A stretch of DNA of 61,929 bases, the filler included. It is 11 parts of 11 records of this genome, joined end to end, with 100 filler letters (N's around TTAATTAATTAA, not from the genome) between each part and the next. Parts side by side here need not be neighbours in the genome. Positions count along the whole stretch, not along the records: positions 23,308 to 27,042 come from SRR7504441_13250; positions 27,143 to 31,819 come from SRR7504441_13255; positions 31,920 to 35,159 come from SRR7504441_13268; positions 35,260 to 38,950 come from SRR7504441_13276; 7 more parts are not named here. One strand, 5' to 3'. Of the stretch, positions 23,308-35,269 are shown in pieces; the first letter of the stretch is position 1; each line of letters opens with the position of its first letter. Both the position numbers and the translations under genes were made by a program. The notes under the pieces were generated by a model, which had not been told where the DNA came from, ran no database searches, and was given only the letters and a program-made list of their open reading frames with translations.

Positions 23308-26300
23308 AGTCGTGCTTGTGCTTCTCCACCTCACCCTGCCCTGTTTGTGAGCACATGTGCAGGCCATGCGTCCACCTGGACTAACGAGAGCTGCTCTGCG
23401 GCCTGCAGCCTCTTCTCCTTCTCACTGCCCAGCTCCGCCTCCTTGCCTTGGAGCTCGGCCTTGAGCCGGCCCACATCGCGCTCCGCCTTGGCCAGTTCGT
23501 CGTTCATTCCGTCTGACTCCTGCGAGTGCTCCTTCTTGGCAGCGGCCGCCTGCTTCCTGTGCTCCGCCTCCACTTCTTGCAGCTTCTGAGCCGATGCCAG
23601 CTTGGCTGCCGACCAGCCCTGAGCACTCGACACTGGACCACAACTGACCTTGCTCCAGCTCCTCACGGAGCTCATACACCTCCTCCTGCAGCACATTGTT
23701 TGCCTCGCCGAGCCGATTCTTCTCCTGCGTGCCTGCAGCGCCCCGTAAGCGCGGGCAGCGTGGCGTGTGAACCGGTCTCGAGCTGGTGCTGCAATGCTTG
23801 GTTGGAGCTTGTGACAGTCGACAGTTCGCGTTTGGCCTCTGACAGCTCATGCTGGATCGAATCGTTCTTCTCCATGATGCTGGTAAGCTCCATGTCAAAG
23901 TCGTGCTGCGGCCCATAATCAGCACCTGCGGCCGGGTATGCTCACACCTCTCCTTCAGGCACATCAGGGCTTGAGACGCCCGGCTCTGTGGACCTTGGTG
24001 AGCTGCCCATGGTCGCTCTCGCCTGGGTGAGCACACGTGCTCAGTGCCCAGCCAAGCTACGAACACAGACAGGCCTCAGGGCGACCGCGCACCTTCCGCA
24101 GCGCCAGAGCTGTCGACGTCTTCTCCTCTCGCATCTTCTGAAGCTCCGAGTCCAACCCGTCACGCTCGGCTGTGACAGCCTGCACACGAGCTTCGGTGTT
24201 GCTGATTGTAGTCTCCAACGACTCGGCAGCCGCGGTCTTAGCATCGATCTCCCGCCCGAGCTCTTTGATCTCTCGCTCCTTGCTCGTCAAACTTGACTCC
24301 AATTTGGTGCAGCTCGCGGTCGATTCAGCCAGCTTGTCCTCAAGGCTGGTGCACGAGCTCTGCAGCTCGTTCAGCTGAGCAGTGACCGAGGCCAGCGACG
24401 CGTTGGTCTTGTCCAAGTGGTGCTGGTGCTGCTCCTCGGCCTGCGTATTCTTCTCCTTCTCACGCCGGAGGTCCTCGAGCACTCCATTTTTCTCCTCATG
24501 CTCTCTTGCCAGCTTGGCCTCAACAGCCAGCTTGGCCTCGAGCACCTCCTCCCCGCTCGTGTTGCTCTGCGCCAGCGTCTCTTTGAGCGCGGCATGCTTG
24601 GTCGTGATCTGGCCCAGCTCCGACTGCAGCTGCTGCTCCGACAGCTCGAGCTCGCCAATCCGAGCATCGAGCCTCTCTTTCTCCTTGCGCATGCCAGCGA
24701 TCTCCTCCTCGGCCTTGGCCGCCCCAGTCCTGAGCTTGGCGCCCTCCTCCTGCGCCCCCGAGAGCTCTAGTTGCACCTGCGCCAGCGATGTATTCAGTTG
24801 CGCGTGCTCGTGCTTGAGTGAACTGAGCTGTGATGAACTCTCCTCCAGCGAGCTCTGCACCCCGGAGAGTTCCTGGGCCGAGCTGCTCCCTGCGGCCTTG
24901 AGCGCCGTGATCTCTGCCTCCATCTCCTCGCGTGCTGTCATCACCTCTTCCTCCTTCTCCTCCAGCAGCTCGAGCAGCGCGTCCTTCTCTGCATTCGCCT
25001 CCTCTAGTTTCTCCTTCTCAGCCACCACCAGCGCCTCCAGCCGCTCCTGCTCGGCCGAGGCTTGCACTCCGGCTGCTTCCTGCTCGGTCCGGGCCAGCTT
25101 GGCCGCCTCCTCGAGCTCGGCCATCGTATCCTGAATCGCTTCCGTCACGGTGGCCGAATTGGCTTTGAGCTCCTCTATTTCGTTCTTCAGGTCCTCGTTC
25201 TCAGTCTCGAGCCCCTCGAGCCGCTCGGCCATCTCCCGGACCTCCTTGGAGTCCACCCCCACCACCCCCACCAGCATCCCACCTGCGGTCACACCCTTGA
25301 CCCCCTCCTTGGCCGAGCTATAGTCAATCCCGTTCTTCTCAAGCAGGTCCTCTAGCGCCTTGATGTACGCCTTGTGGCCCCGGTTCAAAGCCTCCAGCTT
25401 CTCCACAATTGCCGTTAGCTCCTCTATCGACCGCAATTTGTTCTGTTTAACAGAGCACTGAATCGTCTTGGCTCTCTCCGCAAACCTCAGTGTCGAGAGC
25501 GTCTCTTCGTGCGATGAAGTGTGGGGCGAGCAGGCCACCAGCAGGGTGGTCCGCGAGTTGCCCCCGAGCGACTCGCGCAGGATGTACGTTAGCTTGGAGT
25601 CCCTGAACGGTATATGCTCCCGGCCTGCCTCAGTGAGCGCGTGGATACAATTCCCGAGCGCCGACAGCGACTTATTGATCATCGCCGCCTCCTCCAGGTT
25701 GATCCCCTCCACCTTGGACCGCTTCACCCGCTCTGACCCGGCCAGGTCCGCCAGGCACAGCTTGCCAGACTTGGTACTACCATCCTTGTACCTACCACCA
25801 GGCTCACTCCGCACCGCAGCCGGGCGCGCACCTCTGCAGCGTCTCTATGATGAACACCGAGTGTGAGCGAGAGGAGGCCGCGTTCATCGCAGTGGCCGCC
25901 GTGTGCCGCGATTGCTCGCCCACATGGATGAGCTGCATAACCTGCCAAGACGGGGTTGGCAGCATATCTCATGCGCACGGCACCTCTTCCTCGCATGTAA
26001 CGTACTCCGTCACCAGCCCGTCGACCCAGACACCCTTGTGCTTGGACTCGCGCACTTTGAGCGTCGGTCCGGCCGGATTTAGCAAGTCCTTGATTTTCTG
26101 ACGACACAGCGCTCATATGACAGCCCTGCTGTGCTGGCACCTCTTTGTAGATTTCTAGGAAAGAGCACTTGACCTCGCACACGTCGTAGTTCGGGTCCTG
26201 GCCGGCCACATTCAGCCCCCCCCCCCTTCCGGGCTGGGCGCACCCCGGAGGCCTGATCTATGCGAGAAAAGAGGTCTGCGGCCGCCCTCGGGATCACGCC

Positions 26301-26718
26301 CTTGAGCTGAGGCTCGTCGGACTTCTCCTTACCAAACATCGAAAACGACTTGCCTGAGCCAGTCTGCCCGTATCTGCCCGGGCTCGGCCACCCGGCCCCG
26401 GGAGACGCACGCGAAGATGGTTCCGTTGTAGCCCTCCATCACGTTGGCCACTGTCTCGGCTGCCACGTCGCCGTAGACTTCGTCTTGCGTCGAATTTTGG
26501 CCGAACACCCGGTCGTACTGAAACATGTAGTCGCTGTCCCCCAGCAGCTGGACCGCCACGTTGTCCCGGATCCGGAGCTGCTCGTCTGCGAGCGCCGCCT
26601 CGCCGAGGTCTGCCCGGCCCCGGTCAAGCCCCGGCCCTGGCCCGGGGGGTGCACCAATCTCGCGCTGGTTAAACGGCCGGAACCGACAACATACCCGCAC
26701 ATTGTGTGCCTCCGCCAT
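23308..26718 (-). CDS. Kinesin heavy chain-like motor (kinesin-1 type) with long coiled-coil stalk (3' partial)
   Basis: NVRVCCRFRP, GYNGTIFAYGQTGSGKSFSM, SFLEIYKEKIKDLL, SSRSHSVF, LADLAGSE, HIPFRDSKLTYILRESLGGNSRTTL. About 10 GT-AG introns of 37-70 nt. Confidence 0.93.
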
Positions 26719-27661
26719 CGCCGCGGGCTCTCCGGGGCTTGAGGCTCTCCCTGCCCGGCGCTGTCAGTGCCGGCTGCTGTGCGGGCGGGCAGGCGGCGGG
26801 GCGGAGCGGGGGGCGGCCGGGCCAGCGCACCGGGGGGCGGGCGACTGGTTCGCTGAGGCTGGCCGCGGCGCTAGCTCCGGTTCAGACCGTCAGGCCGGCC
26901 GGTCAGGCATCAAGTGCAATCGGAGCTCGACACACTTCAAGCAAGATGTCCGTTGCCGATAGATACTTGTAGCGATACGGATAGGGGATTTCTTTTTTTT
27001 TTTTAAAAATAGCCATTTTATTACAAAGATAAACTGGCTGGTNNNNNNNNNNNNNNNNNNNNNNNNNNNNNNNNNNNNNNNNNNNNTTAATTAATTAANN
27101 NNNNNNNNNNNNNNNNNNNNNNNNNNNNNNNNNNNNNNNNNNACCACCCGGCCGCTGGGCTTGCTCTCGTCTGATCAATTAATGGGCTGATTGGTTGGCT
27201 CGCCACTTTGGCAGCTGATATATAAATATAGTATAAACATATAGGCAGTTTCTGGTACGCTTGTGACAGCTTGAGCAATAACAGACAGAAAAAACAACTT
27301 TCAACGGTCTCAGGCACAACTGTATATAGAGGCCGAGGAGAAGCGATTCTGCTTGTTTGGGCCAAGCCTAGACGCCTTAGCTAACCCTAGGCCTACAGTA
27401 GTTATACCAGTGTATCCATAATCATCTGATGCACCCCCTAATAGAGAGTGTTCTAGTGCGCCAAAGAGTAGCCAGATTTTTGGCCAGGTTTGGCCAGAAT
27501 AATAGGCAACGAGTTAACAGTCGTTCACCAGGCATGCTGTATCATAGTTTTGTAGAGTGCGTCATGATCACGGTTGAACATTGATCATATTAGGGATATC
27601 ATCACATTTCGGATAAGAAGCTTGTGGTGCCTAGTCTAGTGGAATCAGTCTACATTGCATG

Positions 27662-30600
27662 TTATTTCTTTCTGCCAATTGTTCTTTGTTTGTCTGCAGC
27701 TACAACAATCTTCTCCTCCACCGCTAATCCCTTTCTTTTGCGTATTGTCTTGACCAGTTTAACTGCAACGTTTTTAGAAGGATCGCCGTCAACTCCAAAT
27801 TCTTCCAGTTCCTCCTGAGTCTTGGGTTCATAGAAGGGATCGTCATCTAGAAGAACCCATGTATCCTCAAATTTAAGCTGTACAGATGCAGCTCCTGAAG
27901 TCTCACCGCGAATTTGATCCGCCAGACCAAAGCTCTCGACGACTGGCAACAATGCTGTGATCAGAAAAATATAGGTAGCTTCTTGCAAATCCTGGTCTAA
28001 GATTTCTGCTCGTCGCTTGCACAATACAGAGTTAGCACTGCCGACAAATTTGTCAGCTGTTTGGACTTGGCACAAATAAGCTGGTTCGACAAGCCGTGGA
28101 TTTTGTACAAGCATTGCTTGATGGCACCCACGAGTCATTGCTGAGATCAGCTGCCCACTGATTGGACCGAACTGATTGCCTGCATCGGCTAAGGCAGCTT
28201 CGTCTATTTTGATATCTTCGAGCATGAATGCAACACCTGCAATTAGCAGAGTGGGAATTAGCAGATGCACACGGATCACCTCGTATGGCCTCTTTACACA
28301 ATGGGCCTGCACTGACAGCATTTTCATAACCGGTTTTCAAGCTGTGATATGCATCCTTCACTGCGAAGCAGTGCTTCAAAGTGTCAGATTCTTGGGTAAT
28401 AACACATTCTTGAGGAAGGCTTTCTTCCTCGCCCTCAGCTTGGCACCCGAGCAGCCCAGACGTGTGCAAATGCAAGGCACAACTTGCATTCACCCAATCC
28501 GGCGAAGTGGCTTCAAGGTCTTCACAAGCATTAATCAACATATTGCTCTGAGCTTGCTTTGGTCCAAATGCCCAACATCGCTTAAGTATTTCCTTCCCAA
28601 GCTTATCACTGTGTTTTAGTAAGAGTGGGCTCAATTCTTGGACAAAGGCCGAGACGTCTTCACCTCCTCCTAGCATGGTCACTTGATCGGTACTTGCGAC
28701 AAGCTCTTCGAGTTCTTGCGGCAAGGGAACAGCTCGTATTCTCAACGTGATTGCCTTATTCGAAGTACTCACTTCGACTACGCTAGCCTCGCCAGTATCG
28801 TCATTTCCTATTATCGTTTCACGAAACCTCACAATCGGCTCCGAAACATCAAAAACCACTTGTGCAAAGCGCTCGCGCAAATCCTTCAAACAGCGTTGCA
28901 AATGCACCTCCCCGGCCACAGCCAGGATGTGCTCTCCACTCGCTTGAACATAAAAATCTACACCAGGATCTAGGTCATTGAGTTGGTGTAGTCCATTTAT
29001 CAGCTTGGGCATATCAGAAGGTTCACAAGTTTCCATGGCCACGCAGACAATTGGCGCGGCTTGCAAGTCAAGATTCACCAGTCCAGGTACAACTTGTCCG
29101 GAGTCCTCACGGTGTGAGCACAAAGTACCAGTTTTCAATATTTCACCGGCTAAGCCCCCAACACCACAAATAGAGCCAGCAAATGCAGAATCAACAGGCT
29201 CTGCAGAGCGGCCCATTAATGTGAACAACTGGACAGTATGAACCTGCTCCGGATCTTTTGAGTCCAGGATATATATGGCGGAGTCCGCATTTAGCGACCC
29301 ACTGAAAATACGACAGAATCCAATGTGGTGCTCGACGCGCCCAGCACCAATCTCAGCGACAAACATTTTGGCAACAAAAGCAACAGTAGGAGATTCAAGT
29401 GACGTGTCACACTCTGTAACAGCACGCCAAATCCGCGCGCAAAGGCTGTTTGGGGCAGCTTGGGCCAGAGCCTTGCACTTGGGCCACAAGTATTCCATAC
29501 GGTAGGTTTGCGCCTCCACTGGGCTTGGTAGATGAGCAACAACCATATCTGCAACGCAGCTAACCTCAGCAACAGAGGCGGGTATGAGCTAGTTTCGTGG
29601 TGAAAGTCATTCGGGAGATAGTTCAATAAACAGTTTTGGGACACCAAGAGTTGCATCAGCGAGAGGAAGCCATCGACTCATAATGGAATGCAGCACAGCT
29701 CGCTTGTCCTTTGAAGCTTGCTCCTGCCCAAACATATATCACATATCATGTGACCTGGGCCAACAGGTCTTGATACCCTTGGGGGCACACTGACGTCCAG
29801 GGATTTTATGACTTTTTGTATTCGTTCAGCATAGTTCTCGCTGGACACAAAGACGAATTAGCAAAAGCTATGCAAAGCAGCCTAGTGGATCCAGCACGCG
29901 GAATAATTGCCAAACCTGTCGTTCAAACACATCTTATAAATTTTCCATAGGTCATTCAGCACAAACTCGACGAACATCGGCTGACGCTTGCCACCTTGGT
30001 CATTCTTCACCACCTGACAACAGAGGCAGGTAACCTGGTATTCATGCACATGAAAGGTCACACACAGCCCAGCCGTCACCTTCTTGTCCTTCTTGTTATA
30101 ATAGTATTCACCCCAAAGAGCTTCTCGTAGTATACGCTTCTCTAGGCCTATCCTAGCGGAGACGATGTGCGCAAAATTCTTCACACTGCCAACAAAATGC
30201 CATTATCATTGCATCGGATCATCCAGAGTGAGAATGAGATCGCTCTAAGTAAGCTGGGGCACTAGCCTGAAAGCCCATCCATCCATTGCGCTAGCAAAGA
30301 TGACGTTTCCAGCGGATGGTCTGAACATGAGATGCTCATCTTCGACTTCTTCATAAACCTGCGGTGCCATAATCAGAAGCGGTTCAAGAGCACTCTGCCG
30401 TAGCTACACACCTCTGAGACCAGTTCGGTTGAGTCGCATGCACTCTGATTTACATTGGACTCGTTTGCAAAAACGTGGTTGAGGTGCATGGCACTCGTCA
30501 TGGCGTTAACCTGACACAGCGAGGATCTCAGCCACTGAAGTGGACTGGATGAGCTCCTGCTCAATGATCGTGTTGATTCTACGGTACGCTTCGATTGGTT

Positions 30601-31325
30601 CCATCTGAAGCTCTGTGATCAAACGGTCCACCTGCAGCGCTCTGAACTATTCGGCCATGGGATTCGTCCGCACCTTGTTGAGTACCAGGCACGGCTTGAC
30701 CCGTTCAGTCCACGCTTGACGAAGCACTGTTTCAGTCTGGGCACCCTAGGGTCTCAGCGTGCAATGTTGGCGTTCACCTGAGTGCACACTCCCTCGATGC
30801 AGTCCACCAGAACCAATGCTCCGTCGCACAACCGAACTGCAGTGGACACCTAACCCGGGAGTCGAGCCGCGGCGGTTGGCTCAGCGGGCGCCTCTGCCGA
30901 GAAGTCCACGTGTCCCGGTGAGTCGATCAAGTTGATCCGGTGCGGCTGGAGCTTGTGGGCTGGTACTGCCGCGGCGAACCAGTCAGGCCACACACCATGG
31001 TCAGCACTCACCTAGCTTGGGTTGGTGCAGCAGCGAGATCGCGCTGGATTTCATCGTGATGCAGCGTTCCTGCTCGTCGTCGCGGCTGTCCAGGTATCGT
31101 ACCTGAGACCAGCTCAGGCCCACCGGCAGCCCCGAGCTAGTCCACCTTCCCAGCCTGGCGGGCTGAAATGATGCCGTTTGAGGACACCAGCGAATCGGAC
31201 AGGGTGGTCTTGCCTGCGGGGTGGGCATGGGACCGCGCAGTGCCAGGCGCGGCACCGTGATCCACGTGCGCGAGGATGCACAGGTTGCGGACGTGGGTGG
31301 CTGGCACCGAGTCCGTCTTCTCCAT
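27662..31325 (-). CDS. EFL1: Elongation factor-like GTPase 1 (EFL1/RIA1), 60S ribosome maturation
   Basis: [85 protein letters not shown], and the EFL1-specific C-terminus [21 protein letters not shown]. About 13 introns. Confidence 0.93.
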
Positions 31326-31496
31326 CGCGTGCTGCCGCGCTGTGCTGCGCCGGTGAACAGCCCGTAGAGCTCTGCCCCTGTGAAGGCGAGCTGCCCCTCT
31401 CCGTGGTACGTGGTGCGCACCCGGGGTGATGGAGAATAACGGACTTTTACTCAAGCTAGCATTTACAAGGCTCAATTGTCTAAACTACGGTAAGTC

Positions 31497-31574
31497 TAAC
31501 GCCATCTCCCCTCAGTGGGACCCTTACTTGAATAAAGACGTTCCCGAGTCAAAAAAATAACGCCATCTCCCCTC
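31497..31574 (+). mobile_element. 44-bp insert ending in AATAAA...A7, flanked by a 17-bp direct repeat (candidate 5'-truncated non-LTR insertion with target-site duplication)
   Basis: TAACGCCATCTCCCCTC at 31497-31513 and 31558-31574 flanks AGTGGGACCCTTACTTGAATAAAGACGTTCCCGAGTCAAAAAAA. Confidence 0.55.
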
Positions 31575-31939
31575 TTAACAGAAAAGCCAATGGCTCAGCT
31601 ACTCAATAGTCCAAGGCATAAGCAAGGACGTCCTCAACATCATCACCCAAATCCGGCTCAAAGTCCATCACTGGCTCCTCGGCGATGACGCTCGGGGCCA
31701 GTGGGCGGCGCATGACATTGTGCCGAGCGCGCTCGTTCGTTGATCTCGTTAGGTGATTCCGACCAACCGCTCACGTCGCTCAGCGTTTGGATGAGCACAA
31801 AGCCGCCGTCTGCCCTCACNNNNNNNNNNNNNNNNNNNNNNNNNNNNNNNNNNNNNNNNNNNNTTAATTAATTAANNNNNNNNNNNNNNNNNNNNNNNNN
31901 NNNNNNNNNNNNNNNNNNNATACTAAACGTTCAAAAAGA

Positions 31940-32455
31940 CTATGCACAGGCAAGCGGTATGAAGACTAAAGCGTGAGGATTCAGCGTGCTGCACACCTCA
32001 CCACTTATTAGAAAGCGGAGTGCCTTCGACCTAATCTTCAACCAGCCACGTTCAAATCCAGCCTTGACCAAATCTTGGGGAAGCCTGGTCCAGACATTCG
32101 GAAGGGTACCCCAAAAGCCTCTCAAATAGGTGTCGAGAGAGTCCTGATTCGGAGGTCGAGGAGCAGAGACTTGGATTCCAGTTGGTTTTCCGCTGACCCT
32201 AGCAGCTATCGAGTCGTCGCTCTCAAATACTTCGATCACAGGAGTGAAATCCGAGAGAGTTCCTCTACAACCACCAGCAAGCAGTTTGAGGGCAAAAGAA
32301 AGACACGCCTGTTCTCTTCTGTCCTGCAGCGGCTCTGACTCAAAGCCACCAATTTTCTCAGCAGCAGCTTGTACCCGATCCAGCTTAGTCAAAGTAGAAG
32401 GAGCAGCACCCATGTAAGCAATACTGCCGTACTCCAATATAGATCGTATAAACAT
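31940..32455 (-). mobile_element. 5'-truncated non-LTR retrotransposon (LINE) ORF2 remnant: RT thumb and C-terminal region
   Basis: MFIRSILEYGSIAYMGAAPSTLTKLDRVQ...PLQDRREQACL...WTRLP matches the post-RT 'IRPxLEY...LERVQ...L..RR...WNxLP' pattern of CR1/L2/Jockey-type LINEs. No RT core upstream; intronless. Confidence 0.75.
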
Positions 32456-32632
32456 AGTGCGGCTACTCGCGTCTAGGACGATTCACGTCGAGGCGATACT
32501 ACACCATTCAATCTAATACAAAAATTGTTGGTTTGACACTGATAACCCGATTTAAGCTTACACCTGCTAATCTGTACCGATCACGGATTAATATTATCTA
32601 CACAATCACTGCATGACTAGTGCTGCTCCGGC

Positions 32633-33674
32633 TCAAGTTTGATCCTCGGTGGAGCCATACGCGGGCGGAGGCGAGGCAGTGCCACGGTCCTGCACCTGCT
32701 GCGCAGTCATGATCGAGGCTTTGATCGAAGTGTCGGGCCCCGCGAGTAGCTGCTCGATGCAGTTCTGTTTGATCTCTTGCTCCATCTCCGCTGCCAGCCG
32801 CGCTTTGGTCTCGCGCAGCTCGGCAGCCACTGCGGGATCTCCCATCCTCGTCATCGCATTCGAGGTCATGCAGCACATTGGAATCCAACTCAGACAGAGC
32901 GTACAGATCGAGCAGCATATCGCAAAGTAGGAGCAGCACGCCAGGCAGCACAGCCCGCACGGGAACATGGCGTTGAACTCGGCCATTTTCTGCTGATTCG
33001 CCAGCTGCCGCAACAGCTCAGCGCCGCAGCGAGCCCGCTCTCACCTTGTAACCTCCAAAGTACTTCTCGGCGTGCTGCGTACAACTCAAGGTAACGTACT
33101 CCTAAAATCCGGGACAGATTAGCGCGCGGCCGCCGGCCCAGCGCACGTAGGGCCCGATCGATTCGCTCTGGTCCACGTCCCACTTCTTCATCGCTGCGAG
33201 CGCGCTCTCGCCTGATCGCCCACGCTGTGAGGATCAGTGGCAGCAGCCTGTCACCTGACATGCCATACGCCGTCGCCATGGCGGCCTGGAACTCCGCGGG
33301 CTCGAGTTTGCCGTTATTATTCACGTCGACAGCCTGAAACGAGGCCATATCCTCGTTGTACCATTCCTCCTGCGGCCAACAGCAGCACTCAGCACGATAC
33401 GCCGGCAGCTGGCCTAGGGCGTGGGCTCTTACAAAATCACTGAAATCCTTGGCCTGCCTGATCTCTTGTGCCTGCAATCGGAGCCCGGCCGATACCTCCG
33501 CAGCGCTCCGCTCGTAGCTGTCAGCCTGATTTTCCATTCGCTGAGCCAGAGCCTCGTAATCGTTTGCGCTGCCAACAGGTATCAGCTCTGAGCAAGCCAT
33601 GGTTCCCACCGTCGAGCATGCGCCTGGCGGTACAGCTCAATACACCTGTCCTTGGTGCCCGCGTCGAATGCCAT
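32633..33674 (-). CDS. Two-EF-hand protein with a Cys-rich hydrophobic segment, 4 introns
   Basis: Spliced EF loops DVNNNGKLEPAEF and DVDQSESIGPYEY, then FPCGLCCLACCSYFAICCSICTLCLSWIPMCC. Confidence 0.7.
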
Positions 33675-34167
33675 CGTCAGCCCGAGTGTGCAAGGAAGCG
33701 CTGCGACCGATCCGAGCAGACAATCCGAGGTTGCAGAAACCGTCCGTCAACGATGCGAACTGTAGCCGGCCCCCGGCTGAGTGCCGTGAGTGCGGCCTGC
33801 TAACTAGTGATATTACTGCCTGATCTATTGTACACGGGTACAATACTACGGAGTAAAGACTCCGAGTATTGCATGCCTTACAACAATGCTCGCGGATCCA
33901 CAAGTTTACACGAAGTCATGCACGAAGTTTAAATCGGTAATAATTCAGTATTAAATCAGTAGTACCGGTACAATTGCAATCAAACTCTGACATCGACTCA
34001 TATAACCTTACGGTACAGTACTCCGTCTAGATGGATTACTCGAGGTGTAGAGGACAACTAGACTTATAATTAGTCATAATAATTGCATAACAAACCTTCT
34101 ATTATATTAGTAATAATTATTTCAAATGGATCGCATTGTTAAAATGGATGGCCAGCGTCCTCATATG

Positions 34168-35159
34168 TCACTCAAGACCTGCTAGTGGATTGGTACTCAC
34201 CTGGAGATCGGTCACTGTGTCGGCTCCATCGTCCACTTTGCTCCCTAGTGAGTCGACCTTAACATCTTTTGACCCAGAATCCGTCACTCCGGGCTCTGAG
34301 TCAGCCTTCACACGCTTCGCCGGAGATTGTGGTGTTTGTGTGCTCATAGCGAGAGCTGTGCTGTCTGCAATTATCAAACTATTATACCCAAGCATTCTCC
34401 TTGACTTCCAGAAGTCATGCTGTGCCTTTCGTAGAGACTCTTGGCTCTCAGTGGCGAGCTGCTCTTGCATTGTCTCAATTTGGCTCACCAGCCGCCTCTG
34501 TTCTGGCCGGTTCATTAGGATGCTTGAGAACACTTGGCATTTCGGAAGTTTCTCAGCGATCTGCTTTTGTAATGCAGTGGATGCTTCTAATAACGCCTTG
34601 AGCTCATTGTCCTTCTTCAACAACTCCTGCTCGAGCTCATCGATAGTTTCTAAGAGCGGTTCCTCATTTCTAACTGTTTTCTCTGGCATCACTGACATCT
34701 TAAGCTCCCGCAACACCCGCCCAATGTTCCTCTGAAATGCCATCCGCATCACAGCTTTCCTTACCATCTTTTTCACCCTTGGAAAGTCAAGTAAAACTTC
34801 GTTGAGGTCAACTTCTGATAATGTATACAAGTTGCAATAAGCTACACTCCGTACAGGATCCCGATGTACCCCAGTTTCCATGATCACCTCTTCACCAAAA
34901 CAGAAACCAGATGACTCCAGGCGTCCCTTCCGAGAAACGACCCCATTGGCCACAAAATAAAGGTGAGAAGCTGGAGCACCTGCTGGTACAATGAGCTCAC
35001 CCGGAGATAGTACCATCGGGTCAAGCTTCAGCGCAATCTGCGTGAGGAACGACTGCCCAGTCCCTTTCAAATACCAAACTGACTCAATCAGAGCACCGTA
35101 TGTGATCATCGCCACCTCACCTCGCAGTGCCTCTGGATACACTCGCCGGCCAGCAGAGC
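34168..35159 (-). CDS. Cyclic-nucleotide-binding ion channel (CNG/HCN/EAG-like), C-terminal fragment
   Basis: C-linker PEALRGEVAM, then cNMP domain SPGELIV...HLYFVANGVV...GFCFGEEV...VRSVAYCNLYTL, then a coiled coil. Confidence 0.8.
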
Positions 35160-35269
35160 NNNNNNNNNNNNNNNNNNNNNNNNNNNNNNNNNNNNNNNNN
35201 NNNTTAATTAATTAANNNNNNNNNNNNNNNNNNNNNNNNNNNNNNNNNNNNNNNNNNNNAAAACAAACA

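Noticed and set aside
27143-27500. AT-rich region with GCCAAA/TGGCCAG repeats and CACCCCCTA as a possible transposon terminus
   Set aside because: No partner inverted repeat, target-site duplication or transposase is visible within the contig.
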